A stretch of DNA of 40,088 bases from Candidatus Eiseniibacteriota bacterium. GTDB taxonomy: Bacteria; Eisenbacteria; RBG-16-71-46. This document shows positions 8,216-18,300 of the stretch, in pieces (position 1 is the stretch's first letter; every line of letters starts with the position of its first letter). The position numbers were made by a program, and so were the translations under genes. The notes under the pieces were generated by a model. That model saw only the letters and a list, made by a program, of their open reading frames with translations, was not told the origin of the DNA and did no database searches. Location of the stretch: contig JBGANH010000002.1 of assembly GCA_044222365.1 (NCBI GenBank), forward strand, positions 1 through 40,088, written 5' to 3'.

Positions 8216-9307
8216 GTGCACTTCGACTACACGCGCTGGCAGGGTCCGAATCCGGGTGACATGGAGCGGATGCGCCAGCTCATGGACATCTACCGCAACC
8301 TGCTCCTGCAGACGGGTGGCGACGTGGAAGAGGCGCTGAAGTGGATGGAGCACTTCGGCCGCGAGTACGGGTTCTTCGACGAGAAGTTCGGGCTCTCCGA
8401 CTTCCGCAAGCTGCTCGAGGAGTCCGGTGAGGCGGAACGCACACCGCAGGGCTTCCAGATCACGCCCAAGGGCGAGCGCCGGATCCGGCAGGACTCGCTC
8501 AACGAGATGTTCTCGTCGCTGCGCGCCGGCGGTCCCGGCGATCACCGCACGCCCGTCGCGGGCAAGGGCGGCGAACGCCTGTCGGAGACGCGCGCATGGC
8601 AGTTCGGCGACGACCTCGGGAATCTCGACGCGCTCGGTTCGGTGAGCAACGCGGTCAAGCGTCAGGGCGTGGACGACCTCACGCTCGGCGAGGACGATCT
8701 CGAGGTCTTCGAGCAGGAGCAGACGTCGGCGTGCGCGACGGTGCTCATGGTGGACGTGAGCCACTCCATGATCCTGTACGGCGAGGACCGCATCACCCCG
8801 GCCAAGCGCATCGCGCTCGCGCTCACGCAGCTCGTGCAGACGCGCTACCCGAAGGACACCCTCGACGTCGTGCTGTTCGGCGACGACGCGAAGCAGGTGC
8901 GGCTCGCGGACCTCATGGGCATCCAGGCCGGTCCGTACCACACGAACACGCGGGCCGGGCTGCAGATGGCGCGGCGCATCCTCGCCTCGCGCAAGGGCGT
9001 CAACAAGCAGATCTTCATGATCACGGACGGCAAGCCGAGCTGCATGCACGAGTTCGGCCGGCTCTACAAGAATCCCTTCGGGCTCGACCCGAAGATCGTC
9101 AACAAGACGCTGGAAGAAGCCGTCTACTGCCGGCGTAAGAGAATCACGATCACGACGTTCATGCTCGCCGCGGACACCGTGCTGCTCGAGTTCGTGCGCA
9201 AGCTGACCGAGCTGAACCACGGAAGGCTGTACGAGACCGATCCGCAGAACATCGGCGCGTACGTGTTCCGCGACTTCGTCCGCAACCGCCGCAAGAAGCT
9301 GCATTGA
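8216..9307 (+). CDS. von Willebrand factor A (vWA) domain protein, partner of the AAA+ ATPase
   Basis: MIDAS-like VLMVDVSHSM, later ITDGKPS. GTG start 4 nt after the methyltransferase stop, with GGAGG upstream. Confidence 0.85.
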   Translation: MHFDYTRWQGPNPGDMERMRQLMDIYRNLLLQTGGDVEEALKWMEHFGREYGFFDEKFGLSDFRKLLEESGEAERTPQGFQITPKGERRIRQDSLNEMFSSLRAGGPGDHRTPVAGKGGERLSETRAWQFGDDLGNLDALGSVSNAVKRQGVDDLTLGEDDLEVFEQEQTSACATVLMVDVSHSMILYGEDRITPAKRIALALTQLVQTRYPKDTLDVVLFGDDAKQVRLADLMGIQAGPYHTNTRAGLQMARRILASRKGVNKQIFMITDGKPSCMHEFGRLYKNPFGLDPKIVNKTLEEAVYCRRKRITITTFMLAADTVLLEFVRKLTELNHGRLYETDPQNIGAYVFRDFVRNRRKKLH

Positions 9308-9351
9308 GGTCCACACGCTCCCCGCGTGTCGTCACGTTCCTCGGAGATCCC

Positions 9352-10005
9352 ATGAATCGCAATGTCGCACTCGCGCTGACCGCGCTCGTCATGACCACCG
9401 CCCTCGCCGCGGCGCCCGCGCACGCGGGCGTCACGCTCGGCCTGAAGGCCGGCCTCACCACCTCGCAGCTCGGCTCCGATCTCGGCGACCTCAATAGGCG
9501 ATCCGGTGTCGGCGGCGGCGGTTCCCTCGCCGTGGACCTCACGCGCAACCTCGCGTTCGCGCCCGAACTGCTGTGGTTGCGCAAGGGCTCGACGTTCACG
9601 TCCACGAACGTGAGCTTCGGCGGTTTCGACTTCGGCAACATCCGCACGGGCATCGACCTCGACTACGTCGAAGTGCCGTTGCTGCTCCGCCTGCAGACCG
9701 GCGCTCCGGGATCCGCGCGCCTCATGCTGGTCGGCGGCCCGACCGTCGCGTTCAAGGTGAGCGAGAAGCTCACCACCGACGGTCTTCTCGACACGCATCT
9801 CGACACGAACGAGTTCGAGACGTTCGACTACGGCGTGGCGGTGGGCGCCGGGCTGCGGCTGCCCGCCGGCGGCCTGAACTGGACGTTCGAGGCGCGCTAC
9901 GAGCAGGGGCTCGCCGACGCGTCGAAGCTTCCATTCGGTCCCGACCTCAAGAACGGCAGCGTGCAGGCGCTCGTCGGTCTGGAGTTCCCGCTGCTCGGCC
10001 GCTGA
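9352..10005 (+). CDS. outer-membrane beta-barrel protein (small porin-family/OmpA-like barrel)
   Basis: Signal peptide MNRNVALALTALVMTTALAAAPAHA. Alternating beta-strand pattern with a YVEVPLLLRL-type strand. Paralogous in pattern to 37077-37751. Confidence 0.75.
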   Translation: MNRNVALALTALVMTTALAAAPAHAGVTLGLKAGLTTSQLGSDLGDLNRRSGVGGGGSLAVDLTRNLAFAPELLWLRKGSTFTSTNVSFGGFDFGNIRTGIDLDYVEVPLLLRLQTGAPGSARLMLVGGPTVAFKVSEKLTTDGLLDTHLDTNEFETFDYGVAVGAGLRLPAGGLNWTFEARYEQGLADASKLPFGPDLKNGSVQALVGLEFPLLGR

Positions 10006-10030
10006 CCGCTGCCGCGCCGCCGCACTTTCG

Positions 10031-10066
10031 CTCGCCCGCCCCGGCGTTCTCCCGGCGGCGGGCGAG
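10031..10066 (+). terminator. GC-rich hairpin downstream of the OM barrel gene
   Basis: CTCGCCCGCCCCGG / CCGG(C)GGCGGGCGAG arms around loop CGTTCTC. No U-tract. Confidence 0.5.
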
Positions 10067-10177
10067 CGCGCGTCGGGGCAAATCGGCGCTTCATCCGGGG
10101 ACACCGGGCGCCGACAACAGCGGAGTGCACCGACCGTCATCCCTCCGGAGTGCCGGACCGACGAGGATTCTTCGAGC

Positions 10178-10585
10178 ATGCCGACCGAAGACCGAGAGCT
10201 GTTGAAGGCGCTGCAGGACCTGCTGCGGCAGCACAAGCTCGAAGTGGACCGCGCGATCGCGGCGCACGCCGAGTGGAAGGCGCGCCTCACGCGGGGCGTC
10301 GCCGAGGGCCGCCTCGAGGAATCCACCCTCGAGGTGCTCCGGGACGACCGCTGCGAGCTGGGGCGCTGGCTCCACCGCCTGCCCGCGGAGACGCGCGCCG
10401 AACGCGCCTGGGCGCTCGTGCGCGACATGCACGCGAACTTCCATCGCGAGGCTTCGGAGATCGTCGCGCTCGTGCACGAGGGCGACCTGCACGACGCGCG
10501 CATGGCGCTCGAACCCGACGCGCCTTTCGAGATCGCGTCGCGACGGCTGCTCGACCTGCTCGAGGAGTGGCGCGCGGCGGCCTGA
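10178..10585 (+). CDS. stand-alone CZB (chemoreceptor zinc-binding) domain protein
   Basis: Complete CZB spacing: HAEW, 25 aa, CELGRW, 20 aa, HANFH (the 3His/1Cys zinc motif). 135 aa with no other domain. Confidence 0.8.
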   Translation: MPTEDRELLKALQDLLRQHKLEVDRAIAAHAEWKARLTRGVAEGRLEESTLEVLRDDRCELGRWLHRLPAETRAERAWALVRDMHANFHREASEIVALVHEGDLHDARMALEPDAPFEIASRRLLDLLEEWRAAA

Positions 10586-10645
10586 GTGGCGGAGCCCGCG
10601 GGGCTGCGGCTAAGCTTCCGCCTCGCTCATCCACCGGAGGCTTCC

Positions 10646-11857
10646 GTGTCCCGTCCGACCCGACTTTCCCAGCGTGCCGCCGCCATGCCGGCGTCGCCCA
10701 TCCGCCGCCTCGCGCCTTACGCCGTCGCCGCGCGCGCGAAGGGCCTCGAAGTGCACGGCCTGAACATCGGCCAGCCCGACATCCCGACACCCGACGCCAT
10801 CCTGAAGAAACTGCGCGCCTACGACGCGGCCTACGTGCCGTACGGACCGTCGCAGGGACTGCCCGAATACCTCGAGGCGCTGCGCACCTACTACGCGGGC
10901 GTCGGCGCGAAGCTCTCGGTGGAGGAGATCTTCGTCACGACCGCCGGCAGCGAGGCGATCCAGTTCACGCTCGGCGCGCTGTGCGATCCCGGTGACCAGG
11001 TGCTCGTGTTCGAGCCCTTCTACACGAACTACAACGGCTTCGCCGCGCTCAACAACGTCGAGTGCGTGCCCGTCACGACGAACGGCGCCGACGGCTACCA
11101 CCTGCCGGGCCGCGCGGCGATCGAGGCGAAGATCGGGCCGCGCACGCGCGCGATGCTCATCTGCTCGCCGAACAACCCGACCGGCACCGTGTACACGGAC
11201 GCCGAGATCGAGATGCTCGCCGCGATCTGCCGCGACCGCGGGATCTTCCTGATCGCCGACGAGGTCTACCGCGAGTTCACGTACGACGGGAAGACGAGCC
11301 GCTCCGTGCTCACGCTCGAAGGCATGGACGAACTCGCGATCGTGGTGGACTCGGTGAGCAAGCGCTACTCGCTCTGCGGCGCGCGCATCGGCAACATCGT
11401 GAGCCGCAATCGCGAGTTCATGAACGCGATCCTGCGCTTCGGCCAGGCGCGGCTCTGCCCGCCGACGATCGAGCAGTTCGCGTGCACGGCGCTGACCGAG
11501 GTGCCGGCCTCGTACACGCAGGGCGTGATCGCCGAGTACCAGAAGCGGCGCGACTGTGTGTACGGCGCGCTGTCGAACATGGCCGGCGTGCGCGTGCGCA
11601 AGCCCGAGGGCGCGTTCTACGTGTGCCTCGGCCTGCCCGTGGACGACGCGAACGCGTTCGCCGTCTTCCTGCTCAGCGAGTTCTCGATGGGCGGCGAGAC
11701 CGTGATGGTCGCGCCGCTCGACGGCTTCTACGCGACGCCGGGCCTCGGCCGCGACGAAGTGCGGCTCGCGTACGTGCTCGAAGTGCCGAAGCTCGAGCGC
11801 TCCATGCGGATTCTCGAACAGGCGCTCGCGGCCTACCGCGCGAAGGTGGGGGCGTAG
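10646..11857 (+). CDS. pyridoxal-phosphate-dependent aminotransferase, class I/II
   Basis: GTG 10646 lies 6 nt after GGAGG (10636-10640). N-terminal SPIRRL motif, PLP-lysine context SVSKRYSLCGARIG, NPTG motif. Confidence 0.9.
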   Translation: MSRPTRLSQRAAAMPASPIRRLAPYAVAARAKGLEVHGLNIGQPDIPTPDAILKKLRAYDAAYVPYGPSQGLPEYLEALRTYYAGVGAKLSVEEIFVTTAGSEAIQFTLGALCDPGDQVLVFEPFYTNYNGFAALNNVECVPVTTNGADGYHLPGRAAIEAKIGPRTRAMLICSPNNPTGTVYTDAEIEMLAAICRDRGIFLIADEVYREFTYDGKTSRSVLTLEGMDELAIVVDSVSKRYSLCGARIGNIVSRNREFMNAILRFGQARLCPPTIEQFACTALTEVPASYTQGVIAEYQKRRDCVYGALSNMAGVRVRKPEGAFYVCLGLPVDDANAFAVFLLSEFSMGGETVMVAPLDGFYATPGLGRDEVRLAYVLEVPKLERSMRILEQALAAYRAKVGA

Positions 11858-11864
11858 CGGCGGG

Positions 11865-12254
11865 TCACTCGACCGGCATGAGCGTGTGCGCGTCGCGGGA
11901 CAACCGCCAGCGGCCGTCGGTGCTCTTGCGGTAGACCGTCAGCCGATCGCCGGCGAATCGAGACGTCGCACCTCCCGCGGCGGGCGTCAGGGACAGCGAA
12001 TCCTTGCAGCGGGTGAACGCCAGGTCGCCGGAGACCGCGACCTCCTCGGGCTCGCTCACGCAGCGGATGCGCCACTGCCCGTGCGCGGCGGAAAACGTCT
12101 CGATGAACTGCTCACGCCCGAAGGGCGGCTGCCCGGGGCTGAACAGCACGGCGTCCTCGGCCAGCAGTTCGAGCAGGCGCGGCAGGTCGCCGGCGTTGAC
12201 GGCTTCGATCCAGGTCACGTGAAGCGCGCGAATGTCGCGTTCGTCGGGATTCAT
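11865..12254 (-). CDS. SnoaL-like / DUF4440 (NTF2-fold) protein
   Basis: ATG 12254 with GGAGG upstream. 129 aa with a WIEAVNAGD...LAEDAVLFSPG pattern typical of NTF2-like proteins. Confidence 0.7.
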   Translation of the reverse strand: MNPDERDIRALHVTWIEAVNAGDLPRLLELLAEDAVLFSPGQPPFGREQFIETFSAAHGQWRIRCVSEPEEVAVSGDLAFTRCKDSLSLTPAAGGATSRFAGDRLTVYRKSTDGRWRLSRDAHTLMPVE

Positions 12255-12297
12255 CGGGTTCCTCCTTCGCCGGTCGGCGTGTGGTCGGTCGAGAGGT

Positions 12298-12708
12298 TCA
12301 CGGCAGGAATCGCCCACGCTGTTCCGGGGTCGCGAGCGCGCACGCGTCGGCCCTGCCGAACCAGCCCAGCCGCCGCGCGGCGACGTACCGATAGGCCGAC
12401 TCGCGCAGCGGCCGCGGCACCGCGTGGCCGACCGCCGCGAGCGCGCCCCACGGCCCGCCGCACAGGGCGACCGCACGCAGCACGGCGTCACTGCGGGTCA
12501 GCAGCTTTCCACGGTCGAGCAGCACGACGGTGTCGAGTTCGCACGGCTTGTCCGGCACGTCGAGCGCCGCGTACGTCTCGCCCTGCAACGGCGCGTAGCG
12601 CAGGACGCCGGCGCGATCGTGTCGCAGGCACCAGGCGACCGAGCGCGCGCAGAGTCCGCACGTGCCGTCGTAGAAGAGAAGACTCGCGGTCTCCGGCCGC
12701 GTGCTCAT
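12298..12708 (-). CDS. DCC-family thiol-disulfide oxidoreductase (DUF393)
   Basis: N-terminal LLFYDGTCGLCARSV (the YDGxCxLC motif). About 136 aa. Confidence 0.8.
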   Translation of the reverse strand: MSTRPETASLLFYDGTCGLCARSVAWCLRHDRAGVLRYAPLQGETYAALDVPDKPCELDTVVLLDRGKLLTRSDAVLRAVALCGGPWGALAAVGHAVPRPLRESAYRYVAARRLGWFGRADACALATPEQRGRFLP

Positions 12709-12724
12709 CGGCGCGGCCGCGCGG

Positions 12725-14203
12725 TCATCGCGCGACGGCCGGCTTTCCGGCGCCGCCCTTCATCCCCACGTAGATCGCGCCGGCCGCGAAGAAGCCGACG
12801 AACCACGCGTAGTCATAGAGTGGCCGCATTGGCGGAAATACGAGACCGCCCCACGCGAGCGCGCAGCCCGCGATCGTCGCGACCACGGCGGGAATGCTCC
12901 AGCCGCCGTACTCGCCGTCCGGCAGGTAGAGATCGCCGAGGTTCAACTCCTTCTTCCGCACGATCCAGTAGTCCGCGATCAGCACGCCCGCGATCGAGCC
13001 GAGGCCGCCGGAATAGCCGACCAGCCATGTGAAGATGTAGCCGGTCGGGTCGGCGAGCAGCTTCCAGGGCTGCATCGCGATGCCGAGCAGGCCGGTGATG
13101 AGCCCGCCGGTCTTGAACGAGATGTACTTGGGCAGCGCGTTCGCGAAGTCGTTGGCCGGGGACACCACGTTGGCGGCGATGTTCACCGCGAGCGTCGCGA
13201 TCACGACCGAGAACATGGCGAAGCCGACGATCCATGGGTTCGTGAAGTGGCCGACGAGCTTCACCGGATCCCAGATCGGCTCGCCGTAGAGGATCGCGCT
13301 CGCGCTCGTGATGAGCACGCCCATCGCGGCGAACGCGAACATGGTCGTGGGGAGCGCGACCGTCTGGCCGACCACCTGTTCCTTCTGGCTGCGGCCGAAG
13401 CGCGTGAAGTCCGGCATGTTCAGCGACAGCGTCGCCCAGAAGCCGATCATGCCGGTGAGCGACGGAATGAAGACCGGCATGAACTCCGCCATCGTCGTGA
13501 ACTTGCCGGGCTGCGAGAGCAGCGGGCCGAAGCCGTTCGCGGCCTTCACGGCCCACACGAGCAGGATCGCGGTCACGACGAGCACGTAGGGCGCCGACAG
13601 GTTCTCGACGATCCGCAGCAGGTTCATGCCCTTGTAGATGATGCCGATGTTGATGCCCCAGAAGATCAGGAAGCTGAGCCACTCCGTGCCGGTGTGGCCC
13701 GCGAAGCCGGGGCCGAGCAGCTGAGCCCAGTTCGGGATCAGCACGGCGAAGAACGTCTGCAGCGCCTCGCCACCGATCCACGCCTGGATGCCGAACCAGC
13801 CGCACGCGACGAGCGCGCGCATGAGCGCCGGGAGGTTCGAGCCCGCGGTGCCGTACGCGGCGCGGGCGAACACGGGGAAGGGAATGCCGTACTTCGTGCC
13901 CGGGTGCGAGTTCAGCAGGATCGGGGCGAGCACGATCGTGTTGCCGAGGAGGATCGTGAAGAGCGCCTGCCACCAGTTCATGCCCTGCGTCATGAGGCCG
14001 GACGCGAGCATGTACGTGGGAATGCAGTGCGCCATGCTGATCCAGAGCGCGGCGAAGTTGTACGTGGTCCAGTCGCGCTTCGCGACCGCGACGGGGGCGA
14101 GGTCCTCGTTGAAGAGCGGACTCGTGTGCAGCGCGGCGGCGTCCTGCAGTTCCACGCGGCCGTCGGCATGGCGGATCACGTCCAGCGGGCGATGTGCGGC
14201 CAT
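12725..14203 (-). CDS. NCS1 family nucleobase/hydantoin:cation symporter
   Basis: ATG 14203 with GGAGG upstream. Polytopic membrane protein with an NCS1-like N-terminus NEDLAPVAVAKRDWTTYNFAALWISM. Confidence 0.87.
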   Translation of the reverse strand: MAAHRPLDVIRHADGRVELQDAAALHTSPLFNEDLAPVAVAKRDWTTYNFAALWISMAHCIPTYMLASGLMTQGMNWWQALFTILLGNTIVLAPILLNSHPGTKYGIPFPVFARAAYGTAGSNLPALMRALVACGWFGIQAWIGGEALQTFFAVLIPNWAQLLGPGFAGHTGTEWLSFLIFWGINIGIIYKGMNLLRIVENLSAPYVLVVTAILLVWAVKAANGFGPLLSQPGKFTTMAEFMPVFIPSLTGMIGFWATLSLNMPDFTRFGRSQKEQVVGQTVALPTTMFAFAAMGVLITSASAILYGEPIWDPVKLVGHFTNPWIVGFAMFSVVIATLAVNIAANVVSPANDFANALPKYISFKTGGLITGLLGIAMQPWKLLADPTGYIFTWLVGYSGGLGSIAGVLIADYWIVRKKELNLGDLYLPDGEYGGWSIPAVVATIAGCALAWGGLVFPPMRPLYDYAWFVGFFAAGAIYVGMKGGAGKPAVAR

Positions 14204-14355
14204 CGGGGTTCCTCCCGGTTCGGCGCTCCATGGGGGCGGCGCGCAACATTCCGCACGCCCCATCCGTCAAAAGGTGGCGCGCAGGTTAGCATGCGGTCCG
14301 CGCGATGCTGCCGAAAATCCCACGCGCCTCAACGGCCATTCCCGGAGGTTCCCGC

Positions 14356-15363
14356 TTGAAGCTCGTTCCGTCCGTCCTGTTCGCCTGCGCGTTGCTCACG
14401 ATCGCCGGGCGCGCGTCCGCTTTCGATTCCGCCGCCGCCACCGCCAAGGGCAAGGCCATGCTCGCGCACGCCACGGCCAACGAGGCCGCTCCCCTGTGGG
14501 CGGAGTTCGACGGCGGCATGCGTGCCGCGATGAAGGACTCGGCCAACTTCGCCGCCACGCTCGAGCGCATCGGCGGCAGCCTCGGCAAGCTCGACTCCGT
14601 GGTGAGCGAGACGACGTCGGAGCCGGCGCCCGGCAACTGGGCCTACGTCGCGACGTGCCGCTTCTCGAAGGTGCCCGCGCCCATCGACATGACTTTCGCG
14701 TTCGATCGCGACGGCCGCGTGACCGGCATGCTCGCCCGGCCCTCCGCGAAACCCACCGAGTTCGCGAGCGCGCACCTCGGCTACGAGACGAAGACGACGC
14801 TGCGCCTGCCGTTCGAGGGCGAGTGGTTCGTGGTGTGGGGTGGGCGCACGGTGGACCAGAACTATCACGCGGCCACGCGCGACCAGCGCTTCGCGATGGA
14901 CGTGCTGATCGTGAAGAACGGCTCGACGCACAGGGGCGACGGCAAGGCGCTCGCGGACTACTGGTGCTACGGGAAGAAGGCGCTCGCGCCGGCCGCGGGC
15001 ACGATCGTGTGGATGCGCGACACCCTGCCCGACAACCTGCCGGGCAAGACCGACCGCGCGAATGCGATCGGCAACGGCGTCGTGATCGATCATGGCAACG
15101 GTGAGTACTCGCTGCTCGCGCACCTGCAGCCGAAGTCGCTGCGCGTGAAGACCGGCGACCGCGTGAAGAGCGGGCAGATGCTCGGGCTCGTCGGCAACTC
15201 CGGCAACACGAGCGAGCCGCACATTCACTACCACCTGCAGAACGGCCCGAAGCCGTTCGACGCCGACGGCCTGCCGATCCCGTTCACGAACCTCGTCGTG
15301 AACGGCGTCGCGACCGCGAAGGCGGAGGTGGTGAAGGGACAGGCGGTGGCGCCGGGGCGCTAG
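14356..15363 (+). CDS. secreted M23 family metallopeptidase
   Basis: TTG 14356 lies 7 nt after GGAGG (14344-14348) and gives signal peptide (M)KLVPSVLFACALLTIAGRASA. ATG 14305 is an alternative start. M23 motifs VVIDHGNGEYSLLAHL and GNSGNTSEPHIHYHL. Confidence 0.85.
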   Translation: MKLVPSVLFACALLTIAGRASAFDSAAATAKGKAMLAHATANEAAPLWAEFDGGMRAAMKDSANFAATLERIGGSLGKLDSVVSETTSEPAPGNWAYVATCRFSKVPAPIDMTFAFDRDGRVTGMLARPSAKPTEFASAHLGYETKTTLRLPFEGEWFVVWGGRTVDQNYHAATRDQRFAMDVLIVKNGSTHRGDGKALADYWCYGKKALAPAAGTIVWMRDTLPDNLPGKTDRANAIGNGVVIDHGNGEYSLLAHLQPKSLRVKTGDRVKSGQMLGLVGNSGNTSEPHIHYHLQNGPKPFDADGLPIPFTNLVVNGVATAKAEVVKGQAVAPGR

Positions 15364-18300
15364 GGCTTCACTCCGAGCGCGCGCGCCCGCGCGAGCAGCC
15401 CGCGCTCACGTTCGAGCAGCGCCGCAAGCGCGCGTTCGGCTTCGGGCGCGGCGGCCGCGAGCGCCGCGGTCGGCGCGTCGTCCGCGCGCTGGATCTGGTC
15501 GAGCGCGCGGCTGCAGTCGGTGGCGAGCGCGGCGCAGTCTCGCCCGCCGCCGCCGCGCGCCCACCACGGACCGCCGCCTCGGCCTTCGAGCGCGGCGAGG
15601 TCGCGCCGCAGCGAATCGCTCGCGGCGTCCGTGCCGGTGACGCGGGAGCGCAGCGCGCGCATGCGCGTGGCGAGCCGGGCGTCGGCCCGCCAGATCGCGA
15701 GCAGCTTCGCCGACAGCGAGTACTGCTCGTCGAGGTCCGCCATCGTGGCGGGAGAGCGCGGGTCCATTCGCACGTGGAGCAGCTGCTCGTACACGTGCCC
15801 GTCAACGGTGAGATGCAGGTGGTACACACCCGGAGTCACCCAGGCGCCCCGCGGCTCGACGGGCGTGTCGTGCTCGATCGCCGCCATGCCCCAGCCGCGA
15901 TCGTCGGTCGGCGGCGGGTCCGTGCGCAGGTTCCACACGAAGCGATGCGCGCCCGCCTTCGCGCTCAGCGCCTGCTCGTTCCGCATCCAGTACCACGGCG
16001 TCTGGTCTTCGGTCCTCACTGCGCGCACGGAGTCCGTGGTCGACCAGCTGCACACGGTCCCGGTATCGCCGTCGATCACCTCGAGCGTCACCGGGCCCTT
16101 CGCGTCGCGCGCGAGCACGTAGTCGATCACCGCGCCGTCGGGCGGGTTCTGCCCCGCGGGCTCGTCGGGAGGAATCGGCGTGTCGGTGTTGCGATTCCAG
16201 CGCACGCGCGTGGCCAGCGCGGGCTTGCAAAGGTGGGCCTGCCCTGACGCGCGCGCGGTTGCAATCGCCGCCGCCTGCCGCAGTGGCGTCACGTCGTCGA
16301 GGATCCAGAACGAGCGGCCGTGCGTGCCGATCACGAGATCGGCGTCCTTCACGACCAGGTCGCGCACGCTCGTCGTGGGCAGGTTGTACCGCAGCGACTG
16401 CCAATGGTCGCCGGCGTCGAACGACATGAACACGCCGCGCTCGGTCGCCGCGTAGAGCAGCGACGGCGTCGTCGGGTCCTCGCGCACGGCGTTCACCACC
16501 ACGTCGGGCGGCAGGCCATTCACGATCTGCTCCCAGGTGCGGCCGCCATCGCGCGTGCGCCAGACGTGCGGCGCATAGTCGTCGAGCCGGAAGCGATTGA
16601 TCGCCGCGTACGCGACGTTCGAGTCCGCGTACGACGCCTCGAGCATGGACACCTTGCTCCACGGCGTGAGCGCGGGCGGGGTGACGTTCGTCCACGTGCG
16701 GCCGTGGTCGTGCGTGACGTGCACGAGCCCGTCGTCGGTGCCCGCCCAGATGAGCGCCGCCGAGCGCGGCGAACCCGCGATCGTATAGACGACGCCGCGA
16801 TGCTTGCCCTTCTCGCCGTCGAGCGCGGCGAACGCGCCCATCGAGGGCGGCGTGTCGTACGACTCGCGCGTCAGGTCGGGGCTGATCGTGGTCCAGTGCT
16901 CGCCGTCGTCGAAGGACGAGAACACGACGTTCGCGCCGAGCAGCAGCTCGTGCGCCTGCGCCGGATGCCACGTCACCGGCATCGTGCGCACCCAGCGCAA
17001 CGGCTGGCGGCGCAGCGGATCGGGCGAGACGTTCTTCACGTCGCCGGTGCGGCGGTCGTAGCGCGTGATCTTGCCGCCGAAGATGAAGTGGGCGTGCACC
17101 GGGTCCGGCGCGACGTAGCCGTATTCCTCGACGCCGACCGGGTGCCATTCGCGCAACGTGATCGCGCCGTCGCGGCCGCGGCTGGCGACACCGGCCGAGC
17201 CACTCTCCTGCTGGCCGCCGTAGACGTGGTAGGGCCAGTCGAAGTCGGTCGCGACGTGGAAGAACTGCGCGGTCGGCTGGTTGTACCAGGAGCTCCAGCT
17301 CTCGCCGCCGTTCACCGTGATCACGGCCCCCTGGTCGCCGGCGAGCAGGATCACGCGCGGGTCGTGCGGGTCGATCCAGAAGCGGTGGTAGTCGTCGCCG
17401 CCGGGCGCACCGCGGAACGCCTCGAACGTGCGGCCACCGTCGGTGGACTTCCACGCGACCACGTTGCCGACGTACACGACGTCGGCGTTCGTGGGGTCGG
17501 CCTTCACTTCGTCGAAGTCGCCGTTGCGCTCGCACAGCCGCGGGTCGGCGTTGACGAGCCGGAAGTGTTCGCCCGAGTCGTCGCTGCGGTACAGGCCGCC
17601 GCCCTTCGAGCCGGACGTGATCGCGTACAGGCGCTTCGGGTCGCTCGGGCACGTGCCGATGCCGATGCGCCCGAGCCCTTCGTCGCCCGTCGGCAGGCCC
17701 GCGCCGATGCGGCGCCACGTCGTGCCGCCGTCCTCCGACTTCCAGAGCCCGTTCTTCGCGCTGAGTGACCAGCCGTTTTCCCACGGCGCCTGCCGCGCGG
17801 CCCACAGCACGGCGTACAAGACGCGCGGGTTCGCCGGGTCGAGCGCCACGTCCATCGCACCCGTGTCGTCGTCGGTGTGCAGCACGCGCTCCCACGTGCG
17901 GCCGCCGTCGGTGGTGCGGAACACGCCGCGCTCGGCGTTGGGTCCGTACGGGTGGCCGAGCGCCGCGACGAACACGCGGTTCGGATCCACCGGGTCCACC
18001 GCGATCGCCGGGATCTGCCGCGCGTCCTTCAGTCCGAGATGCCGCCACGTCGCGCCCGCATCGTCGGAGCGGTACATGCCATCGCCCACCGACAGGTCGG
18101 GACGCTGCAGTCCTTCGCCGCTGCCGACGTAGATCGTCGCGGGGTTCGACGGCGCCACCGCGATCGCGCCGATGGACTGCGTCGGCTGCTCGTCGAAGAT
18201 CGGACGCCACGTGCGGCCGTAGTCCGTCGTGCGCCAGACGCCGCCGTTGTTCACGCCGACGTAGAAGAGCCCGCGGGTCTGCGGCACGCCGACCGCGGCC

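Noticed and set aside
15360-15363. The convergent M23 peptidase and BNR genes share overlapping stop codons in the palindrome CTAG, with no intergenic terminator.
   Set aside because: This is real in the sequence but is most likely just compact genome organisation. No further signal was seen.
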